Source of the DNA: Strigamia acuminata
Lineage: Eukaryota
DNA length: 64,000 nt
Direction of reading: 5' to 3'
Assembly (NCBI GenBank): GCA_949358305.1
Contig: OX442314.1
Coordinates: forward strand, 1,426,001 to 1,490,000
The notes beneath the pieces are model-generated. The model worked only from the letters and a program-made list of their open reading frames with translations. It had not been told where the DNA came from and made no database searches. Position 1 is the first letter of the stretch. Each line of letters starts with the position of its first letter. Of the stretch, positions 48,893 to 61,300 are shown piece by piece. Made by a program: the position numbers and the translations under genes.

Positions 48893-51800
48893 TGTACGAG
48901 TCGCGGTAGCCGGGTTCTTGCATTCTATGATGCTGTTGGTTCCAACGGCGATACGCGTCTCCCGCCTCTCGGTCTCAGACTGGCCTTCGGGCCGGTCAAA
49001 AAAAAAGAAAAAAATTAATAAATAGATAAATAAGTCGGGAACAAAACGCATCCATCCCGACGAATAGTGACAGTTGGGCTCGTTGAGCGGCGGCAGCGGC
49101 GGCGGTAGCCCCGACGACTCGCCCCGAAAATAAGCTCCCGCACCGGCATTTCTTCGTCCGTCTAAACCTCGCAGCGCGCGTGCGGTCGCGTGCATTCTAC
49201 TCGTGTCCGGTGTGGCGATCGGTACGGGGTAAAAAAAAAAATATTACACGCAAAAGGAAAGACGATTAAAATTTTAATTCTCCGGTCGTGGAACCGACTT
49301 TGTGGTTTGCGTTTTAACCGTTAATTAGGTTATCTTCGTCGCACTTTATCGCAATAAAAATTTTATAGGAAACCCGCCGCTCCGCATTTTATTTTCACCT
49401 CCCGGGGGTCTTGCGCCGTCGTATTCGATGGCAGTCGCCTTCGGTGCGTTCAATTGACCCCGTGAGTGCTTTCGGATCGAGACCGATGTGAGAGGTCGAC
49501 ATTCACGCCCCGACGATCGGTGCGGACCACTGGCATTTTTTCACCCATCCGTTTATCGGTCGTCGGTCCGATGCACGCTCCAGCCAGTGATTTTGTCGAC
49601 GGGTCTCCGAGAGCGGTCTCGGTCTCAGACTGGCCTTCGGGCCGGTCAAAATAATAAATAAATAAATAAATAAATAAATGGATCGGAAATAGGTCGCACC
49701 CGTCCCGGCGAGAATAAGGGTGGGTGGCGTCGTTGAGCGACGTCAGCGGCAGCGACGTCAGCGGCAGCGACAGCCCCGACGACTAACTCGCCCCGAAAAT
49801 AAGGTCCTGCGCCGGCATCCGTTCGTTCGTTCAAACCTCGCAGCGCTCGTGCGGTCGCGTGCATTCTACTCGTGTCCGACGTGGCGATCGGTACGGAGTA
49901 AAAAAAAAAAGATCATCAGAGAAAGGAAGACGATTAAAATTTTAATTCTCCAGTCGTGGCACCGACTTTGCGGTTTGTGCTTTAACCGTTAATTAGGTTA
50001 TCTTCGTTGTGGCAGATTCGAATAAAAGTTTTACAAAATAATCGTCGTTTTACATTTTTAAATCATTTCCCAGGGACCGTGTACCGTCGCAGTCGATGCG
50101 AGTCCCGGTCATCGCATCCGATAGACATTGCGGACGTTTTTCAGATCGAGACTGGAGTACCTGTTGAGTACCAAATGGCCGGTCGGTCGTTGGTGTGGTT
50201 CCGTCTCCTAAAATGTTCGTCGCCATTTTCTGTTGGTCGAGTCGCCTACCATCCAATGGTCGGTCGGTGGGTCTCGGTCTCAGACTGGCCTTCGGGCCGG
50301 TCAAAATAACAAATAAATGAATAAATCGGAAATAGAACGTCCCCGTCCCGGCCAGAATAGGGGCAGGTGGTGTCGTTGAGCGGCGTCAGCGGCAGCGACA
50401 GCCCGGACGAATCGCCCCGAAAATAAGGTCCTGCGCTGGCATCCGTTTGTTCGTTCAAACCTCGCAGCGCTCGTGCGGTCGCGTGCATTCTACTCGTGTC
50501 CGACGTGGCGATCGGTACGGAGTAAAAAAAAAAAAGATCATCAGAGAAAGGAAGACGATTAAAATTTTAATTCTCCGGTCGTGGCACCGACTTTGCGGTT
50601 CGTACTTTAACCGTTAATTAGGTTATCTTCGTCGTAATTCGTTGGAATAAAAATTTTATAGAAAATGAGCCGTTTCGTATTTTATTTTCATCTTCCGGGG
50701 GTCTCGCGCCGTCGTTGTGGACGGGAGTCTTCCCGAACACGTTCGATGGGTTTTGCCAACACTTTCAGATCGAACTCGGGACTCGGGCCCGCCGCTCGGT
50801 CGAGCGGCGCACAGTACCCGCCGAGCGGCGCGGTATCCGATATAAAAGGACCCTTGCTTCGCCACGGTCTCAGACTGGCCTTCGGGCCGGTCAAAATAAT
50901 AAATAAATAAATAAATAAATAAGTCCGAAAATGGAACGTATCCGTCCCGACGAATAGATGCGGTTGGGGTCGTTGAGCGACAGCGGCGGCAGCGGCAGCC
51001 CCGACGACTCGCCCCGAAAATAAGCTCCCTTACCGGCATTCCTTCGACCGTCTAAACCTCGCAGCATGCGTGCGGTCGCGTGCATTCTACTCGTGTCCGA
51101 TGTGGCGATCGGTACGAGGTAAAAAAAATATCACACGAAAAAAGAAAGACGATTAAAATTTTAATTCTTCGGTCGTGGGACCGACTTTGCGGTCCGTGCT
51201 TTAACCGTTAATTAGGTTATCTTCGTCGTAATTCGTTGGAATAAAAATTTTATAGAAAATGAGCCGTTTCGTATTTTATTTTCATCTTCCGGGGGTCTCG
51301 CGCCGTCGTTGTGGACGGGAGTCTTCCCGAACACGTTCGATGGGTTTTGCCAACACTTTCAGATCGAACTCGGGACTCGGGCCCGCCGCTCGGTCGAGCG
51401 GCGCACAGTACCCGCCGAGCGGCGCGGTATTTGATACCCGTCTCTGTAAAAGCAGCCGTGCTTTTTCGGTCTCAGACTGGCCTTCGGGCCGGTCAAAATA
51501 ATAAATAAATAAGTCGAGAATGGGCCACCGCCGGCCGGTGGGGCCAATCGTCGCGGGTGGGTGGGGCAGGCAGCCAACCGTCCACCGATCGATCGATCGA
51601 TTGATTGATCGACCGACCAATCAATCGGTTTTCAGATTTCGGGTTTTCACGGGTCCCAGGTTTTTCAGGTTTTTCAGATTTTTCAGATTTCAGATTTCAG
51701 ATTTCAGATTTCAGATTTCACATCGAATAATGTACGGAGTCTCTTCGGTGCCATTCTCATTTTGACCGTTAAGGACAGACAGACTGCTCCTCGACCAGGA

Positions 51801-54051
51801 CCGACTAATGCGACAACTAGACCCGTCGCCCGTCGCGCGAGCCCGCCTCATTTTTTTCGCTCGTTTATTCACGCTTAGTTTTAAGAAAAATTTTCAAATT
51901 TTACAAATGTACACAAATAAAAAGACCGTTTACTTTTCGCTCCAATTGTTTATTCTTTATACGCCTTTACAACTCTTACGAGAAGATAAATAGAAAGCGA
52001 GAAAATATAATCGATCAACCACGCCGTCGGCGCCTAACCCGAACCCGTAGTCCCCGCTTCGTTCTTCTCCTCCCCGTTCACGGGACGGGCCGAACACCGA
52101 ACACCGAGCGCCGAGCGCTGCGCGGGCACCTGGTGGCGCAACCGGGCAACATGACGCGGCACGATTCAAAACGCCGATCGTTTATTCGTTTCATTTTATT
52201 TTGTTTCGTTTCGTTTCATTTTATTGTTTCACTTTGTTTTATTTTGTTTCATTTTTTCTTTTTAATTCGCATCGCCGAGCGTCGCGTCGCAGCGCCGTGA
52301 CATCGAGGTGAACAGCGGATCAAGCTTTTTCCCGCCATTGTTGTGCCCTTCTCCTTCTTCGCGACGCACACGCGTACATATATCGGTTCGCTGGACTCCG
52401 TAGAGTGGGAAAAACAAACAAACAAACAAACAAAAAAAAAACGAACAAACGAGTAAGTAAGGCTATCCAATCGCATTATTTCTTAAAAAAAAAACAAACA
52501 AACGAGAGAAGAAACGGAACGGGCGAATAAAAACGGCGTGCCATGCGGGACAGCGTGCGTGAGCACGGAGGAGGGGGGAAACCCCGTCGATATCAAACGA
52601 CTAGATTCAACGTTGGTTTTGTGGTTACTACTCGCGGCGCTATTATTTGTCCGTCCGTTCGTCCGTTAATCGGTCTAATGAATTAACCAATTAATTGATT
52701 AAACGACCAATTCGTTTATAAGTAGGCGATTGATCGACGAAAATGGACGACGAGCAACGAGGAGTGGGCGAAGAACGGACGGGAGTGAACCCCGAGGGCG
52801 GAGGTGTCACGGAGACCCACGCGGAAACAGGCGCCGAGGAGGTGGTGCACGTTTTGTCGTCGCCGAACGGAACAGCGGGAACCGAGAGCGCGGACCCGGG
52901 TGCCAGCCAGTCGTTTCCGAGCACGTTGTCCGGATTGGAAGGTGTACGCAAACCCCGTCCAATGTAAGTACCACGGCGCGACCGGGTTCGTGCGGGATAC
53001 CATTTACATTCGTTTTCGTTTTTCGATAGACGACTCGACAGCGACAACGACGACGACAGCGACAATGGCAATGGCAACAACGGCGGTGGCGGCGACAACG
53101 GCAACGGCGGCAACGAAGCCAACGACGGCAACAGCGGCGGTGACGGGGCAACGGGGCGCGAGGTCGAAGCCATGCAAGCCAAGATCAACACCCTGGAAGT
53201 TGAACTGGAAGAATTGAGGTCGAACCTCGCCAACCACGGCGAAAGACTGGGGGCTCTCGAGGCGATGCTCCCAGTCCCTCCCAGCGGGTCGCAGTCGCAA
53301 CAAACAGACTTTGGCTCCTACGACTCTGCGAAGGTGAGCAACGGCGCCCGCCCGTGTCGTCGATTCACTCGTTTTTTCTTCTTCTTCTTCTTCTTCTTCT
53401 TCTTCTTCGTTCAGGACAAGCCCGTTCACAGCAGGGTGGGGATGTGTTGGCTGTGCCGCAGGAAGCGCGCGAACTACGCCTACGACGACGACGACGGCGA
53501 CGGCGACGACGACGACGGCGATGGGGGCGGATGGAAACCGGCTGGCCCACTCAAGGACATTGGCGATCACTGGCGGAGTGTGCACACCGTAGCCAGAGAC
53601 TTTGAGGCGGCCAGGCAATTGCTGCGCGGCCACATCGGCACATTCGACGGCTTTTGCCAGGTACGTATGTATGCATGTGTTTCCTCGCGCGGTCTCTCGG
53701 TGTCGTCGCTGAACAAATCGTATGTTTTTGTTTTTTTTGTTTTTTTTACCCGACAGGAACTGTTTTCGACGACGGAGCACGCGTCCGACTGCCCTTTGTG
53801 CGACACGCAGCCGGATGACCTGAGGCAACATCTTTGGACGAAACATAAATTTTACGTACCGATCGCGACGATAAGGTCGAGCATCGACCAAAGGGGATGC
53901 GACGAACCGAAACTACCGGCGCCGAAACGCCCGGCGCCGCAACGTGTCCCGGATCAACCGAAACGACGAAAGGGCGAGGCAGAAAAGAAGGTGAAAGAAA
54001 AACGCCTCGGTTTATTCGTTCGTTCATTGATTATTTTAATTTTTTATTCAC

Positions 54052-54183
<132 letters not shown>

Positions 54184-54500
54184 ACACACACACACAGGTA
54201 GTCATCCCAGTAGAACAAAGCAACTTGGACCTGATGAAGGAAGGGTACACGAAGTGGATGTCGAACGTGCGTGACTGACTCGCGTCGAGGACTCGATCAA
54301 TCTATCGATCGAATTGACTCGTTCGTTTTCTTTTTCAGGAAGCCATCGACATGGTGCAACAACGCCCGGTGCTGGATCTCCTCTTCGGAAAGGACAAAGT
54401 CAGGGGCTTGTTTTCCATGCCCGCTTCTTTCCCTTCCCCGCGTCCCTCTCCTCTCGCTGGTACCTTTCGCATTGCCCCCGCTGCTGCAACTGCTCTTCGC

Positions 54501-54860
54501 ACCGCCGAGCAACGCGCCAAATCCGCCGCCGAGCAACGCGCCAAATCCGCCGCCGAGCAACGCGCCAAATCCGCCGCCGAGCAACGCGCCAAATCCGCCG
54601 CCGAGCAACGCGCCAAATCCGCCGCCGAGCAACGCGCCAAATCCGCCGCCGAGCAACGCGCCAAATCCGCCGCCGAGCAACGCGCCAAATCCGCCGCCGA
54701 GCAACGCGCCAAATCCGCCGCCGAGCAACGCGCCAAATCCGCCGCCGAGCAACGCGCCAAATCCGCCGCCGAGCAACGCGCCAAATCCGCCGCCGAGCAA
54801 CGCGCCAAATCCGCCGCCGAGCAACGTGCCAAACCCACCACCGAGCAACGCGCCAAATCT
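54501..54860 (+). repeat. Coding 24-bp tandem repeat, (SAAEQRAK) x ~15
   Basis: GCCGCCGAGCAACGCGCCAAATCC units in frame within exon 6. Confidence 0.95.
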
Positions 54861-55368
54861 ACTGTTGTTGCCGCTAAACACGCCGGATCCATTAAACGTG
54901 CAGACGACAATAGCAACAGCAGCAGCAGCAGCGGCGGCGACGACGACGGCGCCGAGGACAGTGGTGCCGACCTCTTCACCGGCGCCCGCCCCGATCGTGG
55001 TGCCGGTGCCGGTGCCACCAGCAAGTCCCGAGAATACGACGTCGACCTCTCGCGCGATCCCATCACCGTACGCGGCTTCACTTTCGTGCGTAGTCGGGTA
55101 CCCGGCATCCCGCTCGTCCGCGACGACGACGATGATGAGGAACGCGCTCGCCGCGAAGTCCGCAAGAAGAACCGCGCGAAGGTAGAGTGCGAAGGCCAAA
55201 TGATCCGCGCACAGAGTCGCGAGATACAGCGTCGGCGAGAAAGTGAGTTCGAACTCGAACACGCCGAACACGAGCCCTCGCCCGGGCACAGTCGCGGCAC
55301 CGGGTCGCGGTCGCGGTCGCGGTCGCGGTCGCAATCGCGGTCGCAGTCGCAGTCGCGGTCGCAGTCGC

Positions 55369-58300
55369 TGTAGCAGAAGAGTGCGCAAATGTGTGTGAAA
55401 AACACGTGGAAGCGTGCTTAGCAAAGCACAATGGCGGCGCACTACACGTACGCACGAAAATGACGGCGATATCGGAATTAACCAGACGGCGATATCGGAA
55501 TTAACCTGACTGCCGCACTTTAAAGTGCTTATATGCAGTGGGAAACAACTAAACATATGCTAAAAGTATAAAACGTTTAATGAAAACAATAAAGCAACTT
55601 ACAAACGAATCCATTTCTTATCTGGATGAGGAAAAGCATGGTTGTGCACAGGCAGCCATGTTGGATTTGGAAAAAATAATGAGAAGTGACACCTAGTGCC
55701 GGTTATTGACATTATACAGAATAAATCACTGAATGGAAGAACAAATCATGTGAAAATACAAACAATAGTATGGAATTACACACGAGACAGCGTAAAACGA
55801 ATAGTAACATCGAGATCAATTAAATAAGAACTAAAACACGCTGTATATCTAAACATAACAGAAAATCAAGGAAATAACAAATATATTCATCGATACAAAT
55901 TGGTCTTCTGACCAACAAATCCCCTCTTCGATGGAAATATTTATCAGGGGACAAGATGAACGTGAACTGGAATTACAGTTGATAATCGTCGGGAAAAGAA
56001 AATCATAAATTCGAATCATCGAGCCGGGTACTGTCGTGGTTATCACTTAACTAAGCTCGGAATTCCCACAGAAACTCGATGATCCTCGAAATCGGGTGAA
56101 ACTAAATCAGGAATGTCACGATAAGGTTTATACTTGGAAGATCTTCGAGGTTAATGATCGCAGACGTTCGGATGAAAGCCATTTCGTAAAAATGTCTGCG
56201 ATATTCACTTCGGATGCAACTTTTCGAAGATCGAAGACTCCTGTCGTATACCACTCCCTGAGCCAATGATACTTCACGCGAATGTGTCGAGTCTTCGCGT
56301 TCTCAATGTCGTTAGACGTGAATTGGATAGCGGCCAGGGCATCGGAGTAAACAACAGGTCGAGCTAATCGATTGAGAATCGGGAAATCGGTGTACACGGA
56401 GTCCAACCAGAAAAGCTCCTTCACACACTCTACTAGGGCGATAAATTCCGCTTCCATAGTAGAGCATGCAACGGTCGACTGTTTTCGACAGGACCAGCCG
56501 ATAGGGACGTTACCGATGTACACGATGTGTCCTCCGAAACTCAAGGAGGTTTCCGGGTCGCTCGCCCACGATGCGTCGGTGAAAGCCGATAACTGACTCG
56601 ATGTGCAGCCAGATAACTCGATACAAAGGTCTGCAGTATTTGCCACGTACTGCAGAACCTGGAGAAGAGCGCGGATGTGGGTTCGGTTGTAGCACGTGTT
56701 ATACTGTGCTAGAGCGATGACGGAGTACAAGATGTCGGGGCGAGTCCTCGATGCCAAAAACAATAGAGAGCCGATTACCGATCGATAGGGAAAATCTTCT
56801 AATTTCTCTGTTGACCCACGAACGAGTGTTGTTCCCGGGGTCACTGGCACCTTAACTCGGTTGTTAGTTGATGTCCCGAACTTCTTTACAATTTTAGCGA
56901 TGTAAGCACGTTGTGTAATAAACGTGCGTCCGGCGTCGCGGATGAACTCGACGCCTAGGAGCTTCGTGATCGGGCCGAGATTTACGATATCGAATTTCGA
57001 ACTGATGAGTCTAATCAGCTGTGTGAAAACACTGTCGGATGCATAGAATACAACGATGTCATCCACGTAAACCAGCATGACAGCGGTGTTGCCGAGTACG
57101 TAGACACAATTGCATGCCGGCATCTTTCGAAATCCGAGGGCCCGAAGAGTTTCGTCGAGTTTTTCGAACCATTGCCTGCCGGATTGGTGGAGCCCATATA
57201 GCGACTTGAGGAGAAGCCACACGTTGTTCGGGTCGGAGCATGTGGCACCTGCGGGGATTCGCATGTAGACTTTATGCTTGAGCTCCCCATACAGGTACGC
57301 ACATTTCACATCGAGATGGGCGTCCTTCCAACCGCGGAGTACGACGAGAAGGCAGAAAAATAGACGAATTAACACGAAGTTCACGACCGGGCTAAATACT
57401 TCATCGAAATCTACACCGAGGGTTTGGTAAAAACCTTGCGCTACTAAGCGTGCTCGGTATCGAGTGACGGTTCCGGTTGCATCGGTCTTTAGCTTAAAAA
57501 TCCACTTGCAGCCGAGTATTGTTGTGTCCGGTGGTCGGGGAACTTCGGTGTAAATCTCCCGCTCTTTGAAAGTGTCCAGTTCCTCTTGGATGGCTTCCCG
57601 CCACTTCGGAGCGTCGTTGAATTTCGGAATTTCGGCGAACGAAGCCGGTTCGGTTCGGCATAAATGAGCCGCATGACGAACGCCCGGAAGAACTGGTAAC
57701 TTGTGCTCGAGATTACCGAAGAAAAATAGTCCGGGGTCATAATCGATGTTATTTAACATACAATATTCTTCGATATCATTGTATGACCGCAATCGGATTT
57801 TCGGAGTCGGAAAATAATAGACATCGATTAAGATTTTTCCGGGTTTTTGATCCTTTCTCAGATGTTCCTCGCGTACCCATTCACGGCACTCGCTATCTCC
57901 ACCGACGAATCGCCACTTATGAGTGGTGTGGCGCGCAGTCGCTGGTGAACTGGGATCGGGGTCGAAGATTTGCAACCCTTGCGTAGCGTGATCGTCGACG
58001 CGTTGTTGACGACGGGTTGTAATGAACCTTGGCGTCGGTACCGGTGTTTCGCGGGGAAGTGGAGGTGCTGCCGAACGTTGAGGCGAGGGTGGAGCGGATG
58101 TACGAGGAGTTGTTGGAGGCGATTGTCGAGCCGATTGTTCCGCTGATGCGTCAACGCGTTCGGATGTTTCCGGATAAATCGACAATTCGTCCATCTCTCG
58201 GATGTCGAGGTCGGTGTCACGTTCCTCTTCGTACGAGATATGATGGGATTGACGAAGAGACGCAGAACCCGGAGGTAATGTCGCACATAAATCCAGCAAT

Positions 58301-61300
58301 GCCCGTTCCGGAGTTGTCGGTGGTGGTATGTGGATGTGCGGAAAAGCCGGAGGCGTGTGCATCGAAGCAGATGCCGTCGACACACGTTCGGAATCGTTCG
58401 CAGAATGTTCTGACGCCTCGGAATCAGATCCCTTCGGCCACTGATGGAAATGGAGGTTCTCATCGAATGTAACGGTTTGCTGTCCGGGACCAGTAAACGA
58501 TTGTTGCGGCTGCTGCGTCGAAATTTTGATGGATTTCCGATACGACTGCCGCTCATCGATTTTAACGTGAATAGATTCGTAGACTTGGTTGTCAGTTGGG
58601 TTCCAAATTCTGTATCCACGGGTCCCTGAAGCGTAGCCGACTAGATATCCCTCCCAGGCCCGCGGATCCAGCTTCTTGCGGCCTGGTGCGGTGTAGTGCA
58701 CCCAGCACTTGGAACCGACTTTTCGTAGATGTCGTAACGAAAGGGCTCTCTGTCGCCAAAGGATGTACGGGACCTGATTATTAAGTCGAGAGTGAGGGCT
58801 CCGATTCTTGATGTAGGCAAACGTGACCGCTAGCTCGGCCCAGAGCGCCTCCGGCAACTTGGTTTCGGATAAAACGGCACGAAAGTTGTCGGCCATTGTC
58901 CGGTTTATGCGCTCGGCCGTGCCGTTCATCTGTGGTGATGACGGATTTGTTCGTTGACCTTGGATGCCCTTATCTTGTAGATATCGGAGAAACTCGTTTG
59001 ACATAAACTCTCCGCCTCGATCAGTCCGAATTGCTTTTATTTGCGTGTCCTGGATTCTCTCAACTCGAGCGACGAAGTCCTTAAAGGTTGCGAAAACCTG
59101 CGATTTCTGGGCTAGCGGTATAATCCAGCAATAGCGTGTTGCGTCGTCGATGACGGTAAGGACGAAACGTGCTCCTCCAAACGATGGAACTGGGGCTGGC
59201 CCCCAAATATCCATGTGGAGAAGGTCCAAAGGCTTCGTAGTCGAGGGATTCGGATCAGGCTTATGAGAAGCTTTTGTCGATTTGGCTATTCTGCAATCGT
59301 TGCAGGCCAATTCCCTGCTCACTTCCCCTGGTGACATTCCGTAAACTTGGTCGTTTGCGGCCAACAGCTTCATTCCATTCGTATGAAGGTGGCCAAGCCG
59401 GCTATGCCATAAGCCGGTGGCGTCCTTGACGGAGGCTGGATTGGCGATGACCTTCTTTTTAGGTTGAGACGGGTTGCCGAGGGGAGGAAAGGAATTTGCA
59501 TTTGGAATTGCAATAGGAGTTGCCGTTGGGATTGACTGTAGGGCACTCGCATAGGAAGGAGGGGTGGTCAAATCGTTGTGGATTTGAGTAGGGATAGGAG
59601 GAGGAGTCGGATTGGTTGGAATGGGAGCTTGTTGGACGAGAATTTGCTTCACGGGTTCAACTAGCGGCATTTCAATCCGAAAATCCGTAATTTCTCTTTG
59701 CTGTCCTTTTCCCTTTTTCGGTTTGGGAATTTTAATAAAATCCTCTTCTGTTGTCACGTACATTTGCGGCGGTAGCGTTGGAGTCGGTTGTACAGTGGGA
59801 GAAACCGTTGTCGCAAATGTCGGATTTGTACACAAACCGTCCACATAATAAAGACCTCCTCTCTCCTTTGCACGGATAAGAGGGCTGCGAATGTCCGATT
59901 CGTAAACATGTATCTCACTATTGAAAATGTGGATATGATGTCGCGCCTTGTCTATCTTCGAAACCGAAATCAAGTTTGCCTCGAAATTCGGCGCGTAAAG
60001 AACATTGGTCAAATTCACGGTGCAGCGGGTCTTGTCGATGGCCATTAACAAACGAACCGTTCCTTTGCCCGTGACTTGGGACTTTCCCTGTCCCAACTCA
60101 ATGTCGAATGGAATGACATCGGTGAACTCGGTGAAACCTGCACGCACGTGAGATACGTGATCTGTAGCGCCGCAATCCAGAATCCACTCATTGGATTGCA
60201 TAAAATGAGCGACTGGACGTTGGATAACCTGCGGCGCATTGACGAAATATGTCCCCTCTCGGTGTGGATGCGAGCTTTCTCGGGGACGCGCGTTGTTGGC
60301 CTTCGCAGCAGCGTTCTTGTTGCGCCTGCGACTTTTGCTCCGAGAATTACGTTGGAGTGAAACCGTAGGTTGGCCCTGTTGTTGACGGGGCGGACGTGGA
60401 CATCGGTTCGCGTAATGTCCGAGCTGGTCGCAATTAAAACACTTCACCGTCGAGATATCACGAGGTCCGGATTTATTACGCTGACGAAATTGTCCCTTCG
60501 AAGCATGGGCCGACGTGTTAGTAGTTCCGAGCAACCCAATTGACTTGAGTCTCATGTGTTCGGAAATTAGCTGCTCGGCGACATCCTTCGGCGTGAATTG
60601 AGGATCCGGCCAGTGGTATATGGCGAATGTTGCCTGAGCATATTCGGGCGGCAGACACTTTAAATACTGGTATGCGTGGTGAATCGGACTGATGACTTCA
60701 TTGACGTCGCTTAACTGGCGCACGTAATTGTCCACGCGGGCAATGAAATCTGGCATATCTTCGCCAGGTTGGAGTTGGAGGCTGAGAAACTCCCAGCGCA
60801 TCGCCGCTTGACGGGCTCTAGAGCTGGGCGCGTAGGTTTTCGCCAACTTGTCCCACGCCTCCTTTGGCGTGTTACAGGTTTCCAAAACAGTACGCTTGGC
60901 GGGGCTCACATGGAGGTATATGAGGCCTAGCGCCTTGTCCCTCTTTATGTTGAAGCGATCAAGTTCTTTAGCCGTCAGGGTGGCAATGTGTTCTGCCTCT
61001 TTATCCTCCGTTATGTGACGCCAAAGTCCTTCAGATTTCAAGAGAAACTGCATCGACAATCGCCATTGTTCGTAATTGTCGACACCAAGAACCGTAATTA
61101 AATTGTTCGGATTCCCTGATTTGTGCATTTTGAATCGCTGGACGAGACACGACGCGGAGAACACACAGGCTCAGAGAGTGGCACAAAATCGGAGCACAAT
61201 TCACTATTCGGAGCACTGCACTACACGGTTCCCTCGGTGTTCGAGGCGAAAAACCACAAATTGGGCAATTCCTTCTGAAGGAATCAAATAACCTCCGGTT

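Larger units (their letters stand above)
38820..51515 (+). ncRNA. Array of 10 cassettes (~590-675 bp), each a putative structured RNA gene with a variable body and a conserved 3' cUUCGg hairpin; unit 6 is interrupted by a Gypsy element
   Basis: Conserved GACYGGCC-TTCG-GGYCGGTC hairpin at 39131, 39722, 40397, 41041, 41652, 48978, 49628, 50283, 50873 and 51475, each followed by AAAA(TAAA)n. Conserved upstream block TAATTCTCCGGTCGTGG. AGATCG/CGGTCT closing stem. The repeat is directly visible; the RNA interpretation is inferred. Confidence 0.6.

Noticed and set aside
38820..51515. CRISPR array
   Set aside because: Units are ~600 bp with long conserved scaffolds and related variable parts; no cas genes; eukaryotic context.
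38893..51620. Short ORFs in the cassettes (MHATAR..., ...GLRLAFGPVK) or Dscam-like alternative exons after TTTCAG|ATCG
   Set aside because: Frames are not conserved: different units have stops and non-triplet indels, and unit 7 lacks the AG. Conservation of AGATCG is better explained by base pairing with CGGTCT.
54271..55556. Alternative-frame ORFs (PPPSNAPN, GALLGGGF, ADLARCSA repeats)
   Set aside because: Shadows of the stop-free 24-bp repeat. Only the SAAEQRAK frame fits the splice phases and continues past the Copia insertion.
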